A stretch of DNA of 64,000 nucleotides, from assembly GCF_006345805.1 (NCBI RefSeq), contig NC_043005.1, forward strand, positions 100,130,001-100,194,000. The letters are read 5' to 3'. Shown here piece after piece: positions 23,894-38,295 of the stretch; position 1 is the stretch's first letter; every line of letters starts with the position of its first letter. Source of the DNA: Octopus sinensis (taxonomy: Eukaryota). The position numbers and the translations under genes were made by a program. The notes below the pieces were generated by a model, which was not told the DNA's origin, did not search any database, and saw nothing but the letters and a program-made list of their open reading frames with translations.

Positions 23894-23989
23894 TTATTTT
23901 TACTTTACAATACTTGACTGATACTCTTTAAGAAAACTGGAAAAAATGAAGGGCAGTATCAACCTCATTTGTTTGGAATGTTAATGATT

Positions 23990-24390
23990 CTTATTTCTTT
24001 ATTGCCCACAAGGGGCTAAACATAGAGGGAACAAACAAGGACAGACAAAGGAATTAAGTCAATTACATCGACCCCAGTGCATAACTGGTACTTAATTTAT
24101 CGACCTCGAAAGGATGAAAGGCAAAGCTGACCTCAGTGGAATTTGAACTCAGAATGTAATGAAATAGCTATTTTTTTTTACTACCCACAAGGGGCTAAAC
24201 ACAGAGAGGACAGACAAACGGATTAAGTCGATTATATCGACCCTAGTGTGTAACTGGTACTTATTTAATCGACCCCAAAAGGATGAAAGGCAAAGTCGAC
24301 CTCGGCGGAATTTGAACTCGGAACGTAACGACAGACGAAATACCATAAAGATCCAAAGAAATGCTGTTAACAGTTCTGTCAGTTCACTAC
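23990..24390 (-). mobile_element. SINE family B with tandem duplication of the body
   Basis: Two consecutive cccacaaggggctaaac...gaatttgaactc blocks. Confidence 0.85.
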
Positions 24391-25167
24391 CTTAAGAATG
24401 ATGATGAGGAGGTGGAGGAGGAGGAGGAGGAGGAGGAGGAGGAGGATAGAATGATACTATTTATAAAAGGAATTAATCAAGAATAAATCTATGTAGACTT
24501 GGCAGAAGAATGTGTGAATGAGAGGTGGGGGAGACACAGCTTCAACCAAACCAATTACTATCTGTAGATTTCTGCAGAATTCATTGGAAAAGGTCAAATT
24601 CTTTTAGTTTAGAAAAAAATCTTCAGTTAGAACTTCAGGTGAATAAATGAAGAAATCTCTGATGCTAAATGTTTTCTCTTGGTGCAAATATTTTAAGCAC
24701 TTTTACAAATGCTCAGATTGTCTTGGCTCAAGAAACTTGTATTTTTCTAGATTAGTTGTTGTTTAGAAAATGGAATATGGTGGTCAGCTTCCTACAGATC
24801 CTTTACTTAGATGTGTGGGAAGTGGTTGTGATTTGTACATCAGGCCACAAAAATGACTGATGAGGCCTGATAAGAGATCCATAAGAAAGGTAAGCATTAA
24901 ACGATTGTCTAAACCTAAGTTTTTACCCCTAACTGTGCTTGTTGATTTTATTCATCCTCATCGTCATTGTTTAACGTCAGCTGATGATGATGATGATAGG
25001 CTAAAAACTTGGGTTTAGACACTTGTTTAATGCTTACATTTCTTGCACACACACACACACACACATGCACGCAGACACATATATTTATATGTATATATAT
25101 GTATGATATTATATATAATATATATATATAATATAATATATAATATATAATTATATATATATATATA

Positions 25168-25213
<46 letters not shown>

Positions 25214-25242
25214 TATATATATATGCATATATATATATATGC

Positions 25243-25273
<31 letters not shown>

Positions 25274-25293
25274 TATATGTATATGTATATATA

Positions 25294-25352
<59 letters not shown>

Positions 25353-26374
25353 TATTATATATAAACTGGCTTCTTTCAGTTTCTGTCTACTAAATCTACT
25401 CAGAAGGCTTTTGTTGGCCTGCATTATAGTAGAAGTCACTTGTTCAAAGTGTCACACAGTAGGACTGGACCTGAGATCATGTGGTTAGGAGGTAAAGTTC
25501 TCAACCACAGTACCATGTGAACGTGTGTGTACGTGTTTCCAAAAGGACATGGGAATATTCCCTAGTACTGCTATCACTATAAATGCACCCTGTACACTTT
25601 ATGAAATGTTTGGTGTTGGAATGGGGGAACCAGTCGCAGAAACCAAGCTAAAATGAAGTCTCCATCCCCTCACCTTGGTGTCCAGTAATGACCCATCCCA
25701 CTCACGGAATGTGGAACCATGATGATGATGATGATGATGATGATGACATATGTGTGTATGTATTTATCCAGTCCTGTCCAGAATAATAGAATGCAAGCCA
25801 GTCCAGCAATTATGCTTGATAGGAAAGATAACAGTTGGAAAAAAACAAAAAAAGACAACAATAAACAGAAACAACAACCAATAACAGTAAATATCCGATA
25901 AACCTCCACCCCCACCCTCCACCCCCACAGAACCAGAATGCTGCATCGTTCATCTAAAACTATAATCCCCAAATATTTGATAATGTTACAAATGCAATAT
26001 GGTTAGGAAATGTGCCAATAAAACTTTTCTCGTAAAACCATTATCATAACCATCATCATAATGTTCATCACTATCAGCATAACAGACCTTGTTCGCACAA
26101 CAACAGTAGACAAGACTAAATTGAGAGGATAATAGATAGAAAACACACATAAATATAAACCAATCGATAATACACAACTTTCAGACCTCGACCAACTTAC
26201 TGAGATATGTTTTCTATAATGCCTCTATTTAGATAAATTTATATCTGTAATTTTTGTGTGTGTGTTTTTGTGAGTGTGTCCATGTATGTATGTATTCATG
26301 TCTGTGTTAGCATGCATGTGTAAGGATATGTATGTGTGCAGGCACAGCAGTGTGGTAAGAAGTTTGTGGTAAGA

Positions 26375-26600
26375 ATGCGGCAAGTTGGCAGAAACGTTAA
26401 CACACCAGGCGAAATGCTTAGCGGTATTTCGTCTGCTGCTACACTCTGAGTTCAAATTCTGCCGAAGTTGACTTTGCCTTTCATCCTTTCGGGGTCGATA
26501 AATTAAGTATCAGTTAGGCACTGGGGTCGTTGTAATCGACTTAATCCCTTTGTCTGTCCTTGTTTGTCCCCTCTGTGTTTAGCCCCTTGTGGGTAATAAA
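26375..26600 (+). mobile_element. SINE family B, full length
   Basis: gcggcaagttggcagaaacgttaac...gagttcaaattc...agccccttgtgggtaataaagaaata. Confidence 0.85.
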
Positions 26601-27039
26601 GAAATAAGAAGTTTGTTTCCCAATCACAAGGTTTTGGGTTCAGTCTCATTGTGTGGTACTTTGGGAAAGTGTCTTCTGCTATTCTGCTATTGCTCCAGAC
26701 TGACCACAACTTTGAGAGTGGATTGGGAAATTCAAAAGTGAAAGAATCTCATCATATAAATATGCATGTGAATATATATGTGTGTATGTGTGTGCATGTG
26801 TGTGTGCTAAAATCCTTGCCTTGACATCACATGATATTTGTAAATGAGTATCATCATCATGCAAGCTCTGTCCTTTGTTTCCAAGCTTCCATGAAAACAT
26901 GTCTGATCATGGGGGAGATATCATATTACGTGGAAACAGGTGACTAGAAGCACAGCCACCCTAAAGAATTTGCCCTAATTAATTTCATCTAACTTTTGTG
27001 AGCATGGAAAAGTGGACGTTAAAAACAACAATGATGACA

Positions 27040-27077
<38 letters not shown>

Positions 27078-28194
27078 CGTGTGTGTGTATGTGTGTGTGT
27101 GTGTGTGTGTGCATTTGTGTTTGAGTGAGTGAGTGAGTGTGTATAGAGTTAACAGATGATATCCAGATATGCTCAATATAGAAAACACTTAGTAGTGCTC
27201 AAATAATTTGAACTTACACTCTGAAATTTTTTATAGAAGACTAAATCCATGGGATAACGAATGGCTATAAGATGAATCCAGGAGAGCTGATATGGAGATA
27301 ATGATACAAATAAGCACTCCTAGGATCCATCTGCCAACATTACAATTATTATATAATTCTGAGCCCCCAGAAACAGCTGTTGGATCTGAAACACCATACC
27401 CTCTCCTCTTAGCTTTCTGTTTCTTTGTACATCTTGTAGATCTGTTCTGTAATTTTAGATAAATAAATTATATAAATATCTATATGATTATGCATAAGTG
27501 TTCATCTGAATATTTCTAGTTTTTCTTCTCTTTTATATATAACCCTTATGAGACAACATTTTATGAATAAACTTTGGAAGTGTCAAATGCTTTTGGGATT
27601 TTACAAACAAGAAAGAAAATTTTGAATGCAATATGGCTGTGAAAATAACAGAAAGATTGGGTATTTTACTCTTATAAGATGGAAAAAGTTGTTACATTCC
27701 AAAATCTATTATCATCTAGCATTAAAATTTACAGTAATTGCTGTTAGGGGGCTGTTTAACTTAATGGAAAAGAGTTCTTAGCTGGTATCTAAGGGATTCA
27801 GGTTCAAGTCTTGTCGCCACCCACTGGCAACTTTTCCTGGATAAAAATACTAAGTTTTTCTGCTGTTTTCACAGCTATTCTGCATTCGAAATTTACTTTC
27901 TTGTCTTTAAAATATCCCCATATATATTTACATGAATATATGTATGTATATTTTATATATCAAGCCGATGCATGGTTATTTGTTTATTTGCATCACTATC
28001 TCTGTCTCTCTCTCACTCTCTCTCTTTCTCTCTCTCTATATATAGATATATATATATACATATATACATACATATATATTTATATATATATATATATATA
28101 TATAGTTAATCCAAACATGAAAACACAACAACGCGAGGACGGGGAACAAGTATAGTGTTATTGGACACTCAGGAAAGGAAAGAAAGAAGGAGGA

Positions 28195-28227
28195 TTTAAC
28201 GTTTTGAGCGGAGCTCTTCATCAGAAA
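28195..28227 (-). ncRNA. Minimal type-I hammerhead motif (G12>A) in a PLE-tail-like repeat
   Basis: Minus strand reads ttt-CTGATGA-a-GAGC-tcc-GCTC-AAAA-CGT-T-aaa: stem II, palindromic ACGT stem III and a 3-bp stem I in exact register. Confidence 0.65.
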
Positions 28228-28521
28228 CATAGGAAAAGGAAAGATCCAAGGAAAGGAAGACAGAGGAAAAAAAATCGCCAACAATACACACGTGGTCACA
28301 TTATATATATATATGTATATTTAATTATCTTAAAATCGATATTTACATGCTGGCATAGGTCAGTCATGTCTGCTTTGAAAACATCATCTTTCCTCTTAGT
28401 ACTAATCCTTCGTCATCACCTTTGTAAGGCTCAGTATTCTGGAGTCATCCTCTCCACTCCTTATGTCATCTTCAGTTTTCCACTTTTGCAAACTCTTTCT
28501 CTTTTACATCGACATAAGTAA

Positions 28522-28565
<44 letters not shown>

Positions 28566-28662
28566 TGTATGTGTGTGTATGTGTGTGTGTGTGCGTGTGT
28601 ACACACAAATATACATTTATCTATACAAAAATACAAAATAGAGTTTTTGATGTTTTAAACAG

Positions 28663-28812
28663 AATCCTTCTTCAGATGACAGAGAAAAGGAAAAAAATAG
28701 AAATAAAACAGAGCTTTCATCCTCTATATTAGAGAATCTTTCAGCAACTGATAGGGAATGCAAAAATTGTGAGTGTCTGTATAAAGAGTGTGAAGTGGGA
28801 GAAAGAAATTTG
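28663..28812 (+). CDS. Weak candidate exon NPSSDDREKEKNRNKTELSSSILENLSATDRECKNCECLYKECEVGERNL
   Basis: ttttaaacag acceptor, TTG|GTAAGG donor and a 150-nt open phase-0 frame. The purine-rich composition continues past the donor, so it may be a repeat remnant. Confidence 0.2.
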
Positions 28813-31042
28813 GTAAGGTGCAAGAGAAAGAAAAATCGGAGAATCTAGACGATGTTGAAGGAGAGGGAAAATAAAAGCAAGGGAAGACGTAATGAATAAA
28901 GCAGAAATTAGAGTATAAGAATGAGTTGATGGGGTAGAAGGAAAGACATTAATTTAAGATGAGAGGTGTGATGATTCTGAGGCAGAATAGGAAATGTTCT
29001 TCCTTGTTTCCTTGAGTGTGAATCTTCACATATGGTTTGCATAAATTCCGGTCACTGAGAAGTGGGTAATGGAGCCCATTGTGCTGAAGTCAGTGGCCAG
29101 AGGTCAGTTTGGCATAAGTAGCTATGAATGTGTACAGGAGGGCAATTCGCAAAGTAACAGCTCATTCCACCAATGTAAAAAGCACCACAGGGTTCTGTGT
29201 AAGTGGTACAATATAGGATGATGTCAGATGTACTTCAAAAGTTTTGCATACTGTGGTATTGTAACTTAGCTCTGATAATGGTTGTAGCACTGTTGATTGA
29301 CAAGTGTTGCATCTATAATGAGTGCATTTAAAGTGCTTGATTGCGTGTTGCTGGGCAGCAGCATGGAGGTTCTAAGAATTTGTAGAGACATAGATGTATA
29401 CTTACTATCAATACACGCTCTCTCTATCTGTTTCCTCTCTCTCTCTCATTTCTTTCCTCTCCCTCCTTCCCCTCTCACTCCCCCTCTCCCCTCCCTCCCT
29501 CCCTATCTATCTATACGTTACATACATACATATATATCTTCACACTATACCACACACATATACACACACTATCATTTTTTAGACTGCTAATAATATTTTT
29601 ACCATTTTTTCATTCTGATCCACTGATCCTCAAAGTGCTTTTATATGTATGTGTGTATCCATGTACATGGGCCTGAGATCTGATTCAAATCAGCATAAAT
29701 CTATGCATATTTAATTTATTTTTTTAGCTTCTCAATTAGGAGGAAAGACGACATTCATGACCCTTAAATGTTACAGGGTTTTCAAGGCATGTAGGGTAAA
29801 GGAAAGCGGTTATCTTCAAGCTACAAGATTGACCTAAAGCTTTGCACCAGAGTGAACTTTGTTAACCCTTTGAATATAGAAAGCAGGTATGTTCTCTCCA
29901 AATTTTATTACCATTAACTGTGGAAAGCATTTTTACCCATTTATTTGAAAAAGCTTCTCTTTATGCTGCAAGAATCAAAGACACCACCAGTAACACTTTT
30001 CATAAAAGACAACTTTGCAGATTTTCAGAATTTTTTCACATATTTCACCAAATATTTGTTTACAGGGTGAGAGTTAAACACTTTTAGTGGTGGATAGGAA
30101 AACTGTACGAGGTGCTGCAAAAGTATTGCAGAAACAGAAAATTTCAATTCTAATTTTTAGTGGATAATTAACATTATTATAAGAACGGTCATGAAATTTA
30201 ATTCTGTGATGAAAAGGTTTAAAGACAGCCAAGGTCCAGATGGGGGTGTTAAACCTGGTGATGAGTCATGTCTACCAGTCCAAAACTTGGAATGCTATGA
30301 GGCAGAACAACTACAAAAAGCTGTCATTTGAGGTTCTAAAAATTTGACCAATCCACTGTTCTGAACTGGTACTATATTTTATTGGTCCTGAATGTACAAA
30401 AGACAGAGTGAACTCCAGTAGGGATTGAACTAAGAATGAGGAGAGCTGGAACAAATTCTATGAGTAATTTTAACCTTAGTTATAATGCCTGTGCCAATTC
30501 ATCGCCTAAAATATGCGTTGCTGTGTGAATGTGTGTGCAAGAGTGAGTGGATGTATGAGCGTGTGTATGCGTGTGTTGTGTGTGTGTGTGTGTGTGTGCG
30601 TGTGTATGTGCAAGCAAACAATCAGTATTGACGTATGTTTCACTGTATGCATTTATGACGTTTTAAGAAAGAAGGAGCGAGGAGAAGCCCCAAAAAATAA
30701 ATTGCTTCATTGAAAGAGAACTCATCCTATCTGACGGTAGAAATACTTCTCAGAATTGAGATTGTAAACACTGTTCAGTGGTTACAGAAATATAGAATAT
30801 TGAATTTGAATCACACACACTGGCATTTATAAGCACTCTTGTCAAAAAGTACAGTTATATGTGTGTATCGCTCTATATACACACACAACAAATATCCATA
30901 TCAAACACACACATATATTTCATATAAGGATACATATAGAATAATACAAAAATATAAATACATGTATGTAAACACACGCACATATGCACATATATATGTT
31001 AAATGACGATACATATAAAACATATTATGTCTCTCTATATAT

Positions 31043-31073
<31 letters not shown>

Positions 31074-31116
31074 ATGCATAATATAACACATATGCATATA
31101 CATACATACATACATA

Positions 31117-31154
<38 letters not shown>

Positions 31155-31903
31155 AGAATGTGTATGTGTATATATGTGTATTTTTTGTTGGCAAATCTTG
31201 CAGCTCACTAATTTGCAGTGAAATGATATTAACTTTATTAAACATAATACTTTAATATGATCGGAATTTTTGAAAATATTTAATAAACGTGACAAAAATG
31301 TCCCTCTCTGCAGGAACTGTCAACATTCTCTGGATCACTCTCACACACAATCATGTGTATATTATACACTTATAGATCAGTGTGTGTCTACACATGTATG
31401 TATATAATATGGCCATAAATATACACATACAAGTGCTTTTATTTGCTGAATAAAAAAAAAATGGTTTCTGAAGTTGTTCTAACTGAATGAAATACACACA
31501 CACACATATATATATATATACATATACATATGTATATGTACATATATATATATATAAATTCACACACACACAAATATCTATGAGAGGTGGGACAAAATCC
31601 ATATATATTGTGTAAATGTATACATATTTATATATTTGATTTATTATTGAGGAAATGTATGTTAGCACATTAAAGATAACAGGAATTTATTAATTCTATA
31701 TAAGAAAATATTTAATTGCATTTTGCTAAACCAGATTATTTCATCATTACTAAAGGTTTTTGTGGCTGTTTATTGTCACCATGGGAAATAATTCAGTTTA
31801 ACCAGACACTACTATGAGAGTCTGTATAAACTTCTAACACACCTCTGTATTAGCATTTGGCATTTTTGCATTAAAACACAAATAAAAATACTTTACACAC
31901 ACA

Positions 31904-31964
<61 letters not shown>

Positions 31965-33373
31965 GTATGTGTGTTGTGTTTATATTATCTTTGTTCCTGA
32001 GAGAGAATATGCAGAACTAAACACCACAATTTTATATATTTGAGTCAAGCTTAACTTTTGTACAGATCGAAAGAACAACACTGTCTCTCTCCATTGACTG
32101 TTTATATATTAGAATCTTTTGATGATGGAGATTTAGCAGTTAGCTCTAAATTACATCACACACCACAGTGCAAACGAATAAGTTTTATTGGTATGGATGT
32201 ATAAAAACACTGATTATGTATGGTTAGTTATAGAATGGTTTGAAGCGAAGGTGGGAAGAATGTTTAGTTAAAGCAGACCAAAGAAGATTTAGAAATTAGA
32301 AATAAGTTGTAGTGACAGTCGGATCTAAGAATGCTGAATATTGCAGATGATTTAGAGTTGAAATGAATGGGGACATTTTATGTTGTATAATTTTATAAGC
32401 TACACCAGCAAGACAGTGGTGGTGGTGGTGGCTGTGGTGGTGGTGGTGGTGGTGGATGTGGTGGGGGTGGATGTGGTGGTGGTGGATGTGGTAGTGGTGG
32501 TGGATGTGGTGGTGGTGGTGGATGTGGTGGTGGTGGCTGTGGTGGTGGTGGTGGTGGTATTGGCAGTGTAAATTGGGATGTATAATATACCATTAGCACC
32601 TTCACCTAGTATACTCCTCTTAAGTCTCCATCTCCATCCTAGTTGTTATTTTCACATCTATCAACCTCCATCCCGTTTATTGTACTATGCCACAATCACT
32701 CATTATTATTATCCCTCAACTCCTCTTCCAACACAAATCCTCATCACTCTCTCTATACCAATTCCACTTCACCTCCCTTGTCTCATGGTACCAGAATAAT
32801 GAGGGATGGCATGAGATCCCCTACAATCCTCAATTGTTGAGCATCCTACTCTTGATCATCACTTTCTTCCTATTTTCACTCTTGTTGACATTTACTTTGA
32901 AAAAAACGAATGGAAACTATATATAGTAGGGAAAACTTTATAATCTTACAGGGAACAAGACAGCCTCTCTCATGCTGGTGCCATTATAAAATGCATTCGG
33001 TACACTTTGTGTAGTGAGTGATTATTAGAGACAGCAAAGAGTAGAGGAGACTCTTTATTCCCATCAGGGACATGAGAACTTTTCTAATGCTCCCAATAGA
33101 TTCTGTAAAGTGGTTGGTATTATGAGGTGCATTCAGCCATAGAAAGCAAGCCATTGTCGTATTTCTTATATTTCTTTCACTTGTTTCAGTTATTTGACTG
33201 TGGCCACGCTGGAGCATTACCCTGGAGGGTTTTAGTCAAAGAAATCGACTCCAGGACTTATTCTTTGTAAGCCTAGTTCTTATTCTATTGGTCTCTTTTG
33301 CTGAGCTGCTAAGTTATGGGGACGTAAACACACCAGCATCAGTTGTCAGTGATGGTGGGGAGGACAAACACAG

Positions 33374-33872
<499 letters not shown>

Positions 33873-34881
33873 AGACCCAAGTAGAACCGTCCAACCATGC
33901 TAGCATGGAAAACGGACGCTAAACGATGATGATGATGATGATGATGATATGTGTGTGTGTGTGTGTGTGCATAAAAATACAAACTGGGACAAGAACGCTA
34001 AACATTTAGGAGATGATACAAAAAACACGGATGGGACATTCAAAGCCTTCAATCTTCAATCAAGAACCAGATCATCCTCGCAATTTCGGCTGATTAATTT
34101 TGAGATTGCTCCAATCTGGCCAGCCCCGAAGAAAATCTAAGCTAAGCGATTAGATTCCTTGGAAGAAAGCTTCAAATATATACAAAACAAGGACAGAAGA
34201 ACGGACGATGTTACATGAATATGAATACAAAAATAATACATAGAAACAATAATAATAATAAAATAACAATAACAGGACATCACAAACAGGCGTCTTTCGA
34301 CTAGATGAATGAAACTCAGCTGGTGTGTTAATATATATATATGTACACATATATATATATATATATACACACATATATATATGTACATATATATATGATG
34401 GGCTTCTTTCAGTTTCCATCTACAAAATCCACTCACAAGGCTTTGGTCAGCCCGAGGCTATAGTAGAAGACACTTGTTCAAGGTGTCATGCAGAGGGACC
34501 GAACTGCAACCATGTGGTTGGTAAGCAAGCTACTTACCACACAGCCACGTCAGCCAAAATAGTATGATACTCAAAAATAATAGCAAGTTCTACAAAAATA
34601 AAATGTCTACCATTGACATCCAGTTACAAAATAATTCTTTTCCTCCATTCAAGAACATACCAGCATGACATGAGCTGATGACTTTATCTGGGTAAGTTGC
34701 ATAAATCTGTTTCTGTTATATAATTTGGATACTCAATACTGTACAAAACAAAATGCAAGAAATATAAAACATGTTTTTGCAAAACAAAAGTAATTGTTTA
34801 ATTACTCTAAGTAATACAAATCAATTATGAGCCTGCAAAAATGAGCAATTATGGGGTATTAAGTGAATAAAGACTTTGTTG

Positions 34882-34929
<48 letters not shown>

Positions 34930-35142
34930 TCTTCTTTCAGTTTCCATCTACAAATCCACTCACAAGGCTTTGGTCAGCATAGGAGTGGCTGTGTGGTAAG
35001 TAGCTTGCTTAACAGCCACATGGTTCTAGGTTCAATCCCACTGTGTGGCACCTTGGGCAACTGTCTTCTACTATAGCCTCAGGCCGACCAAAGCTTTGTG
35101 AGTAGGTTTGGTAGACGGAAACTGAAAGAAGCCCGTTGTATA

Positions 35143-35192
<50 letters not shown>

Positions 35193-35924
35193 CAGTTGTA
35201 TACTGTCAACTTAACGTGACAGTCCCATAAAGGGAATCACAGCACTGCTCTTTAGCCCTGGGAAGCATCAACACTTCCTGTCGGCCTTGACACATTTCCC
35301 GTGTCCTTATGTTTACAAAGGGGAGATAAGCACATATATACATGTGTATGTTAGCATATGTTTATGTGTCTGTGTTTGTCCCCACCAACATCGCTTGACA
35401 ACTGATGCTGGTGTGTTTACATCCCCGTAACTTAGCGGTTTGGCAAAAGAGACCGACAGAATAAGCACTGGACTTACAAAGAAAAAGTCTTGGTGTCGAT
35501 TTGCTTGACTAAAGGCGGTGCTCCAGCATGACCACAGTCAAATGACTGAAACAAGTAAAAGAGTAAAAGAGTAAAAGAGTAATACTAAAAATTATTCTTT
35601 AACGCAAAACAAGTGCAGCAAAAGTGCTCAAAGTAAATATATATTACCGTCCAACGCATGCTAGCATGGGAAACGGACGTTAAACGATGATGATGATGAT
35701 GATGACAGTCATATATATATTATAGAGTCATCATTCATTCCAAGTTGGTTGAGGATGCATAGCATCAAGAGTTAATATTCTTTAATTCTCAGTTCAAAGA
35801 GATCATAGTTTGGATCAATGTCAATGTTAGTAATGGCATGGAGAAAAGAGTTGGCATCTGAAGCAAATATTTGTACTCTTTATTTTTACGCTTCAAGATA
35901 CAGTTTCAAAGGTATATGTACGTA

Positions 35925-36338
35925 TTTCTTTACTACCCACAAGGGGCTAAACACAGAGAGGACAAACAAAGACAGACAAAACGGATTAAGTCGATTATAT
36001 CAAGCCCAGTGCGTAACTGGTACTTAATTTATTGACCCCGAAAGGATGAAAGGCAAAGTCGACCTTGGCAGAATTTGAACTCAGAACATAGTGGCAGATG
36101 AAATACCTATTTCTTTACTACCCACAAGGGGCTAAACACAGAGAGGACAATCAAGGACAGACAAATGGATTAAGTCGATTATATCGACCCCAGTGCGTAA
36201 CTGGTACTTAATTTATCAACCCTGAAAGGATGAAAGCAAAGTCGAGTCGGCAGAATTTGAACTCAGAATGTAACGGCAGACAAAATACTGCTATGCACTT
36301 CGCCCGGTGTGCTAACATTTCTGCTAGCTTGCCGCCTA
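35925..36338 (-). mobile_element. SINE family B with tandem duplication of the body
   Basis: Two blocks joined at gatgaaatacc|tatttctttactacccac. Confidence 0.9.
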
Positions 36339-37271
36339 AAAATTATATGTACCATTAAACTATTGCTGAGGTCTATACACCATAATTTTATCAATATTGC
36401 ATATAAGATTTTAAAATAGAAGAATTTTAAAATAGAAAGTCGTCTTCATGGCTGCAATATTATTTGACCCAGAATACAGTGTTTTTGTACAGAGACTTTA
36501 GCATCTTGAAGAAAATTTTAAGGACATTTGGGATTATGTTAGGTCTAGTGTAATAATATTTCAAGGATACACACACACACACACACACACACACACTGGA
36601 GAGTGGGGGAAAGAGTAAGGAATAGACAAGGAAAAAAACAAAATTTCAAGAAAGGAAGAAAAGCCAAGCAGTAAGGGGGGAGAGAGAGGAGGAGATAGAG
36701 AGGGAGAGAGAGAGAGAGAGAGGAGGAGATAGAGAGGGAGAGAGAGAGAGAGATGAAGAAGAGAAAGAAGAGGAAAGTAGGAAATAAAATGAAATGCAAG
36801 ATTAATTAAAAGTTATTCAACCTTGTATAGAACATATTGCCTTCAGCTTGTTGTCCCTGGAGGGATGTGATGTTTACAAGTATGCACATATACATTCCCA
36901 TGTATATTGATCTACGTATGCATGGTTATATTCACGCATTCATAAAGTCATGCATGCATACATACATACATACTCACAGACATTCGCATATTCATATGTA
37001 CAAGTACATTAATAAGACATAACTCATAAATATATATACATAAATAATTACATACAACAAAGAGGAAAATAAAATTCCAGACAGGATGCACATGCTCCAT
37101 GCTCTCTCTCTCTCTTTATCAATGTGTGTGTGTGTGTGCATGTGTGTGTGTGCATGTGTGTGTATCATACACACACACCACACACACACACACAAACATT
37201 ATAATGTGAGAATTGTGAAGTATATTTAAATATGTTTTACATGGTACAAGCATTATTTGATATAAAACTCA

Positions 37272-37575
37272 GTATATTAGGTACAGTGAATGTGCATGGC
37301 TCAGCGGTTAGAGCGTCGAGCTTACAATCATGAGGTTGTGAGTTCGAATCTTGGACCAGGCTGTGTGTTATGTTCTTGAGCAAAACACTTTATTTCACAT
37401 TGCTCCAGTTCACTCAGCTGTATGAGTTGCGATGTCATCGGTGATGTGGAGAGAGGAGGCTGGTATGCATGGGCGACTGCGGGTCTTCCATAAACAACTT
37501 TGCCCAGACTTGTGCCTGGGAGGGTAACTTTCTAGGTGCAATCCCATGGTCAGTCATGACCAAAGGGGGGCTCAA
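37272..37575 (+). mobile_element. tRNA-derived CORE-type SINE
   Basis: tggctcagcggttagagc (A box), gagttcgaatc (B box) and tgttcttgagcaaaacacttt CORE-like segment. Confidence 0.8.
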
Positions 37576-38036
37576 CAGATACGTGAATAAATATGTTATA
37601 ACCTCTCTGACCTCTCTGACCTACTTCTGTTTTCCTTTACCTTTGCCCCAAACAAAATTTCACCATTGACCTCACTTCCAGCTCGATTCACCATTCACCT
37701 CAATCCTCTTTTCTAATCATTTATATCCCTTCTTTCACACCCTTGCAAACCTACTCATCAAGCTATTCTTGATTCATTTTCTTGAATCCCTTTTCTCTTT
37801 ATTTGCCTTGTAACTTGAGGCCATGTTCAGACACCTCACCTCCACCCTGCTTTTTCCTTTTCCAGCTGGAGTAGCCATGTATCTCCTCTGCTTCAAAACA
37901 ACTGTTCCAGCCCCTCTATCATACTTTCTTCTCAGTTTGCCCTTCTGCAATACTTGGTTGGAATAGTAGTGGTCTTATATCTTGAGAGTTACTTGGTGAT
38001 CTCATTAGTGCTGGTGCCAAAAAGAAAGGAATCATA

Positions 38037-38295
38037 TACATTGTTTACATTATTTACATTTGACGGATATTTGTCCTCATCTTGTTTGTTGTTAACACAA
38101 CGTTTTGGCTGAAATACCTTCCAGCCTTCACCAGGTGTCTTGGGGAAATTTCGAACCTTAGGAATAAGAACCCAGGTTTGAAATTTCCCCAAGACACCTG
38201 ATGAAGGCTGGAAGGTATATCAGCCAAAACGTTGCGTTAACAACAAACAGGATGAGGACAAATATCTTTCAAATGTAAATATTGTAAATAATGTA
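38037..38295. mobile_element. Palindromic solo element: two inverted ~122-bp arms, each with a hammerhead motif
   Basis: Arms 38037-38158 and 38174-38295 with a 15-nt spacer. Confidence 0.85.
38193..38238 (+). ncRNA. Minimal type-I hammerhead motif (G12>A)
   Basis: gacac-CTGATGA-a-GGCTG-loop-CAGCC-AAAA-CGT-T-gcgtt. The mirror copy on the minus strand of the left arm has gtgtt, which pairs with gacac. Confidence 0.7.

Noticed and set aside
24855-24900. CTGATGAGGCC...GAAA possible hammerhead, and AAG|GTAAGC donor
   Set aside because: No pairing stem II or stem I; all three frames of the putative exon contain stops.
30160-30350. SQGPDG (LINE RT-like) or WNAMRQNNYKKLS (hAT-like) peptides
   Set aside because: Single short motifs in different frames with no supporting context.
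33970-34320. Repeat-like segment with CCGAAGA..aatctaa/ttagatt stem
   Set aside because: Core degenerate at both ends; cannot be supported as a ribozyme without a consensus.
34925-35140. Inverted fusion of two SINE A pieces between TA runs
   Set aside because: Explained by one SINE fragment adjoining another in a very SINE-dense region; no further structure.
37272-37345. tRNA gene (also 43000-43071, 23656-23730 and the SINE A/B heads)
   Set aside because: A and B boxes are present, but there is no complete acceptor stem and each continues into a multi-copy SINE body.
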